From IMG/VR virus record IMGVR_UViG_3300046010_007863: DNA of 20,000 bases. The stretch is one strand, 5' to 3'. The position numbers and the translations under genes are program-made. Positions 1-8,700 of this stretch are shown here, piece by piece. How positions within the stretch are numbered: the first letter of the stretch is position 1; every line of letters starts with the position of its first letter. The notes beneath the pieces are model-generated. The model made no database searches and was not told where the DNA came from. It worked only from the letters and a program-made list of their open reading frames with translations. This DNA is from an uncultured virus (IMG/VR IMGVR_UViG_3300046010_007863). Taxonomy: Duplodnaviria > Heunggongvirae > Uroviricota > Caudoviricetes.

Positions 1-1105
1 TAAACAGATAAGTTATTTACCAGGAATACCAGTAACAAATACAACACAATCCACTGGTGTTTCCGCGTATCTTGATGGTGGCTATTATGAAGTAAAAACG
101 TCTGATAATTTCAATTTTAGCGCTAGAAATAGTTTTGCATTTAGTTTTTGGATAAACATACCACCAACACAATCAAACTTACAATTTACACATAATCATT
201 TGTTTGATAAAAGAACAACAAAAGATCTGATTGTAAAAGATAGAATAACAAAAGTTGTATCTGTTGTTGATAGTAATGACCACCCAACTATACAAGGTGA
301 GTCTTCAAACTATCCGTTTGATATAAAAATCTATAATAGAACCGCAGGTTTAACAGATGAACATAAAATAGAATTTTCCCAAAAGTCTGGAGAAACATTG
401 TTTTCTGTAACATCCAGTGCCGTTTCTCACTCTGTATGGAATCATATAGTTTGTCAAAAGAGTTCAAGTTACTATCAAGTTTGGGTAAATGGAGTTTTGA
501 AAGGACAAACAACTGGTTCTGTAACAACAAACACAACGAATACAAACAGATTTTTTATAGGAAGTAACGGTACGTCAAACGGAACATTTTCGGGTTATCT
601 CGATGAAGTTAGAGTATACAAATCTGGACTAACATCAGAACAAATAAGTTATTTGGGAAATAATAGTTTTGAGACAGGATACGCTTATCAAACTTCTCGT
701 ATAGGAAATGTTTTTTACAAACATGGAATGATTATTATATCTGACCCTAGACCAAAGTATGCAAATGTTTTCTTGGGAAGAACTGGAAGTTTTGATTTTG
801 GTGGAACTGAATATGGATTTACAGGTTCTTTCCGTAGTACCACAACATTTTATGAACATGAAATTATTTGTAAAATAAGAAAAAGTGAATTTAATTTTAC
901 ACAGAATTGGACTGTTCGTCAAGATAGAAATAACTCATCTCAATTTGTAGATGATTATGCAACTAGTTCGTATTTCAATCCATATATTACAACAATAGGT
1001 TTGTATAACGAAAAACATGATCTTGTTGCAATAGGTAAACTCTCATCCCCACTTGAAAAAAGAGACGATGTAGATATGAACGTAATTATAAGGTTCGACG
1101 TATAA
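1..1105 (+). CDS. 5'-truncated putative virion structural protein with a LamG/concanavalin A-like domain and a conserved-looking C-terminal domain
   Basis: Frame 2 is open from base 2 (KQISYLPGIPVTNTTQSTGVSAYLDGGYYEVKTSDNFNFSARNSFAFSFWINIP...), so the TTG at 200 in the ORF track is not the true start. LamG-like motifs: FSFWIN, WNHIVCQK, YQVWVNG, FFIGS, FSGYLDEVRVYKSGLT. The C-terminal YITTIGLYNEKHDLVAIGKL resembles tail-collar/baseplate attachment domains (inference). Confidence 0.75.
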   Translation, partial: KQISYLPGIPVTNTTQSTGVSAYLDGGYYEVKTSDNFNFSARNSFAFSFWINIPPTQSNLQFTHNHLFDKRTTKDLIVKDRITKVVSVVDSNDHPTIQGESSNYPFDIKIYNRTAGLTDEHKIEFSQKSGETLFSVTSSAVSHSVWNHIVCQKSSSYYQVWVNGVLKGQTTGSVTTNTTNTNRFFIGSNGTSNGTFSGYLDEVRVYKSGLTSEQISYLGNNSFETGYAYQTSRIGNVFYKHGMIIISDPRPKYANVFLGRTGSFDFGGTEYGFTGSFRSTTTFYEHEIICKIRKSEFNFTQNWTVRQDRNNSSQFVDDYATSSYFNPYITTIGLYNEKHDLVAIGKLSSPLEKRDDVDMNVIIRFDV

Positions 1106-1512
1106 TGAAAAGAAATGCAGTTGCGATAAAACACGGGTTTCGTTCTGGTCTTGAAGATACAATCAATGAAAATCTAAAATCCTCAAAGAAAAAGTACAGT
1201 TACGAAACCGAGAAACTCTCCTATATCAAACCAGCCACAAACCACACATACACACCCGACTTTGTTCTACAAAAGAAAAAGGGTGGAACAATGTACTTGG
1301 AAACAAAGGGACGTTGGGTAAAAGCTGATAGAGAAAAGATGGAACTGATATTCAACCAATATCCAAACATAGACATTAGGTTTGTCTTTCAGAATCCAAA
1401 CGCAAAACTCTACAAGGGAAGTAAAACAACGTATGCCCAATTCTGTGAAAAACGTGGTTGGTTGTGGTCAAAGAAAGAAATTCCACAAGAATGGTTGGAT
1501 GATTGTTTGTAA
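1105..1512 (+). CDS. T7 endonuclease I (gp3)-like Holliday junction resolvase
   Basis: Motifs FRSGLED, PATNHTYTPDF, LETKG, DIRFVF, KLYKGSKTTYAQFCEK and IPQEW closely parallel T7 endonuclease I; the catalytic E, PD and ExK residues are intact. The ATG overlaps the upstream stop (TAATG, 1103-1107). Confidence 0.93.
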   Translation: MKRNAVAIKHGFRSGLEDTINENLKSSKKKYSYETEKLSYIKPATNHTYTPDFVLQKKKGGTMYLETKGRWVKADREKMELIFNQYPNIDIRFVFQNPNAKLYKGSKTTYAQFCEKRGWLWSKKEIPQEWLDDCL

Positions 1513-1537
1513 ATCTCCTCAAATAGTCGTATATTGG
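1506..1537 (+). promoter_or_regulatory. Putative host-RNA-polymerase promoter upstream of the primase gene
   Basis: TTGTAA (1507-1512), a 17-nt spacer, then TATATT (1530-1535) gives a sigma70-like spacing. The same bases also fit the Bacteroidota -33/-7 pattern: TTTG (1506-1509), 20 nt, TATATTGG (one mismatch to TAnnTTTG). It spans the only gap in this gene cluster. Confidence 0.45.
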
Positions 1538-1544
1538 TTTTACT

Positions 1545-2498
1545 ATGATAAACCACGACTTATTACATCTGTTAGAACAAGTTTTAGGTAAAGGAAAGAA
1601 GACCTCCGGCAACAACTATTCTTTCTTTTCCCCATTCGTTTCCCACTACAAACCAAAGTTGGAGATAGATGTTTCATCTAACTCTAAAAACCAAAACTTC
1701 TGGCATTGTTGGATTTCCAACGAAAAGGGTAGAACAATACAATCCCTGTTCAAACGTCTACGAGTAGACCGTCAACACTACGAGTCCCTCAACAGAATCC
1801 TCAAAACAAAGGCACTTCACACATTCGTCAATACCGACGATAAAGACGAGGAGTTGAGATTACCACCAGAGTTTATCCGTCTTACGGACTTTGGTTCTAT
1901 ACGAGACATCACAATTGCAATGCAAATAAAACAAGCGGTATCTTACCTAAAATCTCGTGGTATTCTCCCAACAGATATTTTCAGGTACAACATCGGTTAT
2001 TGTCCAAATGGTATCTATGGTGGTAGAATTATTGTCCCATCATATGACGATAATCTAAACCTAAACTTCTTTGTTTCCCGAACTATCTTTGAAGATGTAA
2101 ACGCAAAGTATAAAAACCCACCTGTAAGTAAAGACGTTGTTGGATTTGAATCCCTCATAAATTGGAAAGAACCGATCACACTTGTTGAAGGTGTATTTGA
2201 TGCCATTTCTGCCCGTTTCAATGCCATACCACTATTCGGTAAAATTGTCCAACCTCTTCTAAAAGAAAAGATACTCATTCGTAAACCACCAAAGGTTATT
2301 GTTGCCCTTGATAATGATGCGATGAAGGACTCCATAAAGATTTGTGAGTGGTTGATTTCAAACGGAATCAAAACAAGTATGGTAAAACTTCCAGATAAAG
2401 ACATCAATGAATTTGGATTTCAAAGATTTTCAGAGTATATTGAAACATTACCATCGGTAGATGGGTTTGATTTGATGAAAGAAAGGATATTAGTGTGA
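1545..2498 (+). CDS. DNA primase (DnaG-like, Toprim domain) with a degenerate N-terminal zinc-binding domain
   Basis: Primase core YLKSRGI...YNIGYC...GRIIVPSY...FFVSR...KYKNP; Toprim motifs LVEGVFDA, IPLFGK and VALDNDA; C-terminal LPDKDINE. No helicase domain is fused. Confidence 0.9.
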   Translation: MINHDLLHLLEQVLGKGKKTSGNNYSFFSPFVSHYKPKLEIDVSSNSKNQNFWHCWISNEKGRTIQSLFKRLRVDRQHYESLNRILKTKALHTFVNTDDKDEELRLPPEFIRLTDFGSIRDITIAMQIKQAVSYLKSRGILPTDIFRYNIGYCPNGIYGGRIIVPSYDDNLNLNFFVSRTIFEDVNAKYKNPPVSKDVVGFESLINWKEPITLVEGVFDAISARFNAIPLFGKIVQPLLKEKILIRKPPKVIVALDNDAMKDSIKICEWLISNGIKTSMVKLPDKDINEFGFQRFSEYIETLPSVDGFDLMKERILV

Positions 2499-5400
2499 TA
2501 CAACAAACACTCATTTCAAAAAGAGTAAACAAAGTAGATAACGTCATTCATATTGCTGACGTTCATATTCGTAATTTCAAGAGACACGATGAATACGAGT
2601 CGGTATTCAATCGCGTATATGATTATTGTAAAGAACAAGTCCAACAAGATAAGAACACAATCATTTATCTTGCAGGAGATATTGTTCATGCAAAAACAGA
2701 TATGTCTCCTGAACTTATTGTAATGACGAGAAACTTCCTCGTGAACCTTTCTGATATTGCACCTGTTCTTCTTATCGCTGGTAATCACGATATGAATCTG
2801 AATAACCGCAATCGTTTGGATGCCCTTTCACCAATCGTGGACTCAATAGATACACCTGACTTCTTTTATCTGAAGGATACAGGGGTCTACAACCTCGGTG
2901 GTGTCAATTTTATTCTGAATGCTGTACACGAAGACCCTGACAATTTTATCAAGGCAGAGGACGTTGTAGGGGACGGAATAAAGGTAGTATTTTATCACGG
3001 AGCTATTGACAGAGCAGATATTGGATTTGGTCAAACAATCAAGAACAACAGAATCAATATGGATATGTTCAAGGATTTTGACTTTGGTATGTTTGGTGAT
3101 ATTCACTCGTTTCAGTATCTACATCCAAACAACAAGTTTGCCTATGCAGGTTCTCTTATCCAACAAAACTTCGGTGAAGGATTGGTTCACGGAATTATTC
3201 ATTGGAATCTTCGCGAAGGTAAATCAACATTTGTTCAGATTCCAAACGATTGGTCTCACTACACTATTGATATTGACGAAGGTAAGTTTGTAAATCTACC
3301 AACTGAATTTTCGATTCATAACCGAATTCGTGTTCGTTCTTACAATACTCCAAACTCCGAACTTATGAAGGCGGTAGCCAAACTAAAATCAATCGTGAAG
3401 GTTGACGATATTCGTATTCAGAAGTTCTCAACAAAACCAACCAACGGACAAACACAATCAACGATTTCTATCGGTGATGTTCGTGATGTTGAATACCAAA
3501 ACAAACTCATCGGTGATTATCTTGAAAAAGAGTTTGCGGTAGAAGAAGAAGTAATAGATGAAGTCAGAAAGATAAACAGAACAATCAATACAAATCTCAA
3601 TAAATCAGTTGTTCTTCGTAATGTAATTTGGAATCCAATCAAGTTTGAATTTGACAATATGTTCTCATATGGAGAAGGAAATAAGATTGATTTCAGTCAA
3701 ATGAATGGAACGTATGGTATTTTTGCTGCAAATGCAAGTGGTAAGTCATCTGTATTGGATGCCCTTATGTTCTGTATCTTTGATAAGTGTTCTAGAACGT
3801 TCAAGGCATCACAAGTTCTCAATAATAAGAAAGATACATTCCGTTGTAAGTTCCAATTCCAAATCAATGGAAAAGATTACTGGATTGAACGTATCGCCAC
3901 AAAAGATAAGAGAGGGCACGTAAAGGTTAATGTTGATTTCTGGCACGAAGAAAGTGGTGAAAAGATTTCTCTCAATGGTGATGATAGAGATGGAACAAAC
4001 TTTGCAATCCGAAACTATCTCGGTACATATGATGACTTTATCATTACTGCATTTTCCCTACAAGGAAACAACACGAACTTTATTGATAAGGCACAGAGAG
4101 AACGTAAAGACCTTCTGGCACAATTCCTTGATCTCAATCTGTTTGAAGAGTTGAGTACGATTGCTTCCGATGAAATCAAGTCAGTTCAAACTCTCATCAG
4201 AGAATACTCACGTCAGGATTACTCTACGAAGATTGCAACTGCAAACGATAATCTCAAACGTTCACAATTAGATTTAGATGAAATCAATGAAGAACGTGAT
4301 TTATATCGTTCTCGTTTGGATTCCAAGAACGAAGTTATTATGGAACTTACCAAGGCACTCAAACCAATTGACGACCGACTGATGGGTCATAACTTGGAAG
4401 AACTAACTCAAAAGAAAGATGAGTTTGTTCGTAAGGTTGCATCTTGTAGAGAAGAAACATCAAGACTTGAAATTGAACTCGGTGATGAAAACAAAATTCT
4501 ATCGGAACTTCAAACTCAATTTGATTCAATTGACTCGGATAAATTACAACAAGATTGGGAAGTTCTACAAGAAACAACTCAATCAATTTCAAAAACAAAA
4601 CACAAGTTAGAAAACATCCGACTTCAAATTAGTCACAATCAATCCAAGATTGATAAGTTGTCTACACACGAGTATGACCCCGATTGTAAGTTCTGTACTA
4701 ACAATGTGTTCGTTCAGGATGCAAAATCAGCAGAGGAAATCCTCGTTGACCTCAATAAAGAACGTGGTATTCTTGAATTTGAATTGGCTGAATTAGAAGT
4801 TATAGGTCATAAATTGAATTACGTTGAAGAACAGAAAAAGAATTATCAAGACCTTGAACGAAAAGTCCTCGGTAAGCAAAAACAAATTCACGAGATTGAA
4901 AAGAAGATCTCACAGAATGGAATCACCTGTGATGACCTAACTTCAAAGACGGAAAAGATTGAAGACCTTATTATATCGTATGTTCAGAACGAAGGTATCA
5001 TCAAGGAAAACCAACAAATTCAAACAAAGATTTCTGTTGCGGAGAGGGAACGTAATGACTTTACATCAGAACTAAAACGTCTTGAAACAAAGTATATTAC
5101 ACTTGCTGGTGAGATAAAGGTCTATGAAAAAACAATTCAAGATTGTGCAGAATCAATCAAGAAACTTCAAGAATTGGAAAAACAATTCAAGGCGTATGAC
5201 TTCTATCTAAAGGCTGTAAATCGTAACGGAGTCCCATATCAATTGATTTCAGATGCAATGCCAAAGGTTCAAGCTGAAGTAAACTCTATCCTTTCACAGA
5301 TTGTTGACTTTGAAATACTCTTTGAAACGGATGGTAAGTCAATCAATACATACATCGTATATGATGATGAAAACTTCTGGCCTCTTGAAATGACATCGGG

Positions 5401-5665
5401 TATGGAAAAGTTCATCTCATCACTTGCAATTCGTACTGCTCTTGTAAACGTATCATCTCTACCACGTCCAAACTTCATGGCAATCGACGAAGGATTTGGT
5501 GTATTGGATTCAGAAAATCTAAACTCACTTCATATGTTCTTCGATTATATGAAGACCCAATTTGACTTCCTCCTAACCATTTCCCATATTGATGCCCTTC
5601 GAGACATTATGGACTCTATCATCGAAATCAAGAAGGAAAACGGATTTTCAAACGTTCGATTTTAG
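2495..5665 (+). CDS. sbcD/sbcC: Fused SbcD/Mre11 nuclease and SbcC/Rad50 ABC-ATPase (gp47/gp46-like) in one 1056-aa polypeptide
   Basis: Metallophosphoesterase motifs IADVH, AGDIVH, AGNHD, FYHG, GDIH and YAGS. These are followed by DNMFSYG, Walker A-like AANASGKSS (~3725-3751), a coiled coil with a central CKFC zinc hook (4685-4696), signature TSGME, Walker B/D-loop AIDEGFGVLD and H-loop ISH. The GTG start overlaps the primase TGA (GTGA). Confidence 0.93.
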   Translation: MIQQTLISKRVNKVDNVIHIADVHIRNFKRHDEYESVFNRVYDYCKEQVQQDKNTIIYLAGDIVHAKTDMSPELIVMTRNFLVNLSDIAPVLLIAGNHDMNLNNRNRLDALSPIVDSIDTPDFFYLKDTGVYNLGGVNFILNAVHEDPDNFIKAEDVVGDGIKVVFYHGAIDRADIGFGQTIKNNRINMDMFKDFDFGMFGDIHSFQYLHPNNKFAYAGSLIQQNFGEGLVHGIIHWNLREGKSTFVQIPNDWSHYTIDIDEGKFVNLPTEFSIHNRIRVRSYNTPNSELMKAVAKLKSIVKVDDIRIQKFSTKPTNGQTQSTISIGDVRDVEYQNKLIGDYLEKEFAVEEEVIDEVRKINRTINTNLNKSVVLRNVIWNPIKFEFDNMFSYGEGNKIDFSQMNGTYGIFAANASGKSSVLDALMFCIFDKCSRTFKASQVLNNKKDTFRCKFQFQINGKDYWIERIATKDKRGHVKVNVDFWHEESGEKISLNGDDRDGTNFAIRNYLGTYDDFIITAFSLQGNNTNFIDKAQRERKDLLAQFLDLNLFEELSTIASDEIKSVQTLIREYSRQDYSTKIATANDNLKRSQLDLDEINEERDLYRSRLDSKNEVIMELTKALKPIDDRLMGHNLEELTQKKDEFVRKVASCREETSRLEIELGDENKILSELQTQFDSIDSDKLQQDWEVLQETTQSISKTKHKLENIRLQISHNQSKIDKLSTHEYDPDCKFCTNNVFVQDAKSAEEILVDLNKERGILEFELAELEVIGHKLNYVEEQKKNYQDLERKVLGKQKQIHEIEKKISQNGITCDDLTSKTEKIEDLIISYVQNEGIIKENQQIQTKISVAERERNDFTSELKRLETKYITLAGEIKVYEKTIQDCAESIKKLQELEKQFKAYDFYLKAVNRNGVPYQLISDAMPKVQAEVNSILSQIVDFEILFETDGKSINTYIVYDDENFWPLEMTSGMEKFISSLAIRTALVNVSSLPRPNFMAIDEGFGVLDSENLNSLHMFFDYMKTQFDFLLTISHIDALRDIMDSIIEIKKENGFSNVRF

Positions 5666-5683
5666 GTAGATGTTTTAGTGTAA

Positions 5684-5726
5684 TCCATATTTATACATAT
5701 GAGAAATGTGTATGTGTAAACATGGA
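5684..5726 (+). promoter_or_regulatory. Imperfect inverted repeat (predicted RNA hairpin) containing the ATATTTAT motif and overlapping the GGAG ribosome-binding site of the 2846-aa gene
   Basis: TCCAT-A-TTTATACATAT (5684-5700) pairs with GTATGTGTAAA-C-ATGGA (5710-5726): 16 of 17 positions pair, including 2 G-U, around a 9-nt loop. GGAG lies at 5724-5727 and the ATG at 5732. Confidence 0.6.
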
Positions 5727-5731
5727 GTCCC

Positions 5732-8700
5732 ATGCTAATAAAGAAGAAAAATAAACAGAATCTGAATCAGTTAAAACCTCAATTTATAGATATTAGTGAA
5801 AACTCGAAAGATTTTTTCAATATAACCTATATGCCAGAGGTTTTTACTGCTGGTAAAAACATAATAAAGTTTAGACCGTATCAACAGAGATTCACCGCAA
5901 AAGACCCAATTCTTTTTGAAATATTGGATTTCAATAGTGAACCAATATATTATGAGATTTTAGATTATAGAGATAGTGACGGGTCAACCGTAATTTCTGT
6001 TTATGTTTATGAAGATACTCCGGCTGGAAATTGTCTTATAACATTTTTTGGAACAGTTCTCTGTGACCAAAATCTCATAGCACTTCCTTCATCAGACATA
6101 AAATCAAATAATTTCAGATTTAGTAAAATATTGTATGTAGATAAAAATAAGAGAAATGACTCTGAAATTATTTACATAACTCCACCGACTATTAGTATAA
6201 ATGAACGAAAATACTCAATAGTTGAACAACATTTTTCTGGTTCAAGATATGGATTTTCAAGAGGAACGGCCTCTTATGAACTTGTTGGTGATAAACGTAG
6301 ATTTATACCAACCGTTGGTAGTTTTTCACAAAGTTTTCAAAATGGAACTATAAATCTTAGAACACTATCCAATGATTATACGACTAAAGTAGATTATTCA
6401 ACATCATCCTTTGCATATTCATCATCGGTTGTTTATGTAAAATCTCCAAAAGAATTGGAAGTAAAAGATGATGTAAAACTTTATGGACTAAGTGGTCAAC
6501 AAAGAACAATATCCACTATTCAAAATCAGTTATACGAAGTAACTTTTTCTGCAGACCCAATATCAAGAAGACTAACTCAAAATGATGTATCTTATGCCGT
6601 TTTAGATATTTCTGGATTAGAACCATCGACGGGTGATATATCAAGACTCAAAGTTTTTGCAAAATCAAAATTCAAACCAGAATCTGATTATGAGCTCATT
6701 TATGATGATGAGATAAAAATAAAAAACAGACTAATTGACCAATCTTCTCCTGTTGTAGAATATGCAATAGGAAAATTTGATGCAACTAATACATATACCG
6801 TAAATTCTCATGCAGTAACGTATACATTCAATCCATCGGTATATTGGGAAGAATCTGCAATAAATACATCTTCTCCGTCAAAGACAGTTTCCGATTCTAT
6901 TTTATTTGGAGGACTTTCTCTAAACATAGTACCGTCAAATTTGATATTATCTGGTTCCTCTGAATTTATACTCACACAAACATCTAGTCTTACAGTACCA
7001 TTTTATAAAGACACGGACTATAGAGTAAAATTTGATTATCATGTCCAATCTCACCCATCCGAATCGAGAGGGCCAAAAATAGATGTATATGCAATCGGTG
7101 ATTCCTTTGTTGAAGATACTTCACTTGGAAAATACGTCGGTGGAATCCCAACTGGTTCAAGAGCAAAAACAATTGATTTTGATTATGAACTGAAACTTCC
7201 AATAAATTCAGATGGCACCGGCCGTCTACGATTTGTAATGAGACCGGGATGTACAATATCGAACATTAGAATCGTAGAAGATATTGATTTTGGTTTTACT
7301 CCAAATAGGATAAAACTTTATATCCCCACGCTCCAAGAACACAGAAACGAGTATTTAGATTTTAAGGTACAATTTTTCAATTACACATTGAGAGAAAGTA
7401 ACAAATTATCTGAAGTTTATAATCTGTTTTTTCAAGGGGGTAACTACTATATCTATGGTAGTAATAATATAATAACAGGTTCTGTATATGTTTCATCTTT
7501 TTCAAGTAGTGGTATAGAACTTTATGGTAATACACAAGTAAGAGATATACGAAATCTATATGGTTGGGGCTATAATACAACTGGTGAACTCGGTATAGGT
7601 TCTACTACCGATGTTGATGTTCCAATTCAAGTTAGTTCATCAAAATGGAAAACAGTTTCGTATGGCGGTGATCATGGAATTGGAATTAGACAAGATGGTA
7701 CAGTGTGGGGATGGGGTACTAATACTAGTCTCGCAACACTTGGTCATGGAATAACAAATTCTAATGTTCTAATACCAACAAAACTTGGAACTGGTAGTAA
7801 TTGGAAAAATATAGAAAGTGGATATGCGTTTAGTCTTATCCAAGATACTAGTGGCAAACTTTATTCTTGGGGTGTAAACGGTAGTGGTCAACTTGGTGTA
7901 GGTGATACGTCTGATAGAACAACTATAACAAATCTATATTCACCTGTTTCAAATAGTATTTGGTTAGATTTTAGTGCTGGCCAGGCACATTCCGTTGCAA
8001 TCAAAGATGACAATACATTATGGGCATGGGGAACCAATGGTGATTATCAATTGGGTGATGGAACTACAACAACTAGACTTATACCTACACAAATTGGAAC
8101 TAGTTCTAATTGGTCTATCATTAGTGCTGGAGAACTACATAATCTTGCAATACAAACTAATGGAACACTTTGGGGATGGGGAAAAAATGATGCAGGCCAA
8201 CTTGGAACTGGAAACACTGCATCACAAACAATTCCAACTCAAATAGGAACTGGATCAGATTGGAAAAAGGTTTCTGCTGGTGGTTATATGTCTCTCGGTA
8301 TAAAAACCGATGGTACTCTGTGGGCATGGGGTAATGGGTATCTTGGAAATGTGAATGCGACGTCACAAAGTTTAGTACCAATAAAAATAGGAACGGGGTC
8401 TGATTGGGTTGATGTTGTAACTTCAAAAACAAGAGAATCCGTTGGTGCATCTTTTTCACTTGGAATTAGAAATACAAATAGTGATTATGAACTTTGGTCT
8501 TGGGGAGCAAATGGAGCTGGACAACTCGGTGACGGAAACTCACCAACGAATAATGGAATACCTACGTTAATTGGACATGATACTGAATATGCTGGAGATG
8601 GTGGTGGGTGGGATGTAATCACAGTTGGTTGGTTTTCAAGTGCAGGTATATACTCAACAAAAACGGAAATGTCTGGATCTGTTCTTAGAAGTTCCGGATT

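Noticed and set aside
200..202. TTG at 200 as the start of the first gene
   Set aside because: The frame is open back to the window edge and includes the first LamG strands (FAFSFWIN).
1105..5665. Nuclease + Toprim + ATPase cluster as an anti-phage defence system (OLD/Gabija/Wadjet-like)
   Set aside because: The Toprim protein has a full primase architecture, the ATPase is Rad50-type with a zinc hook fused to Mre11, and the context is virion genes. Replication/recombination explains the cluster more simply.
5684..5726. Hairpin as an intrinsic terminator for the SbcDC gene
   Set aside because: The stem is AT-rich with no following U-tract on the + strand, and it overlaps the downstream RBS.
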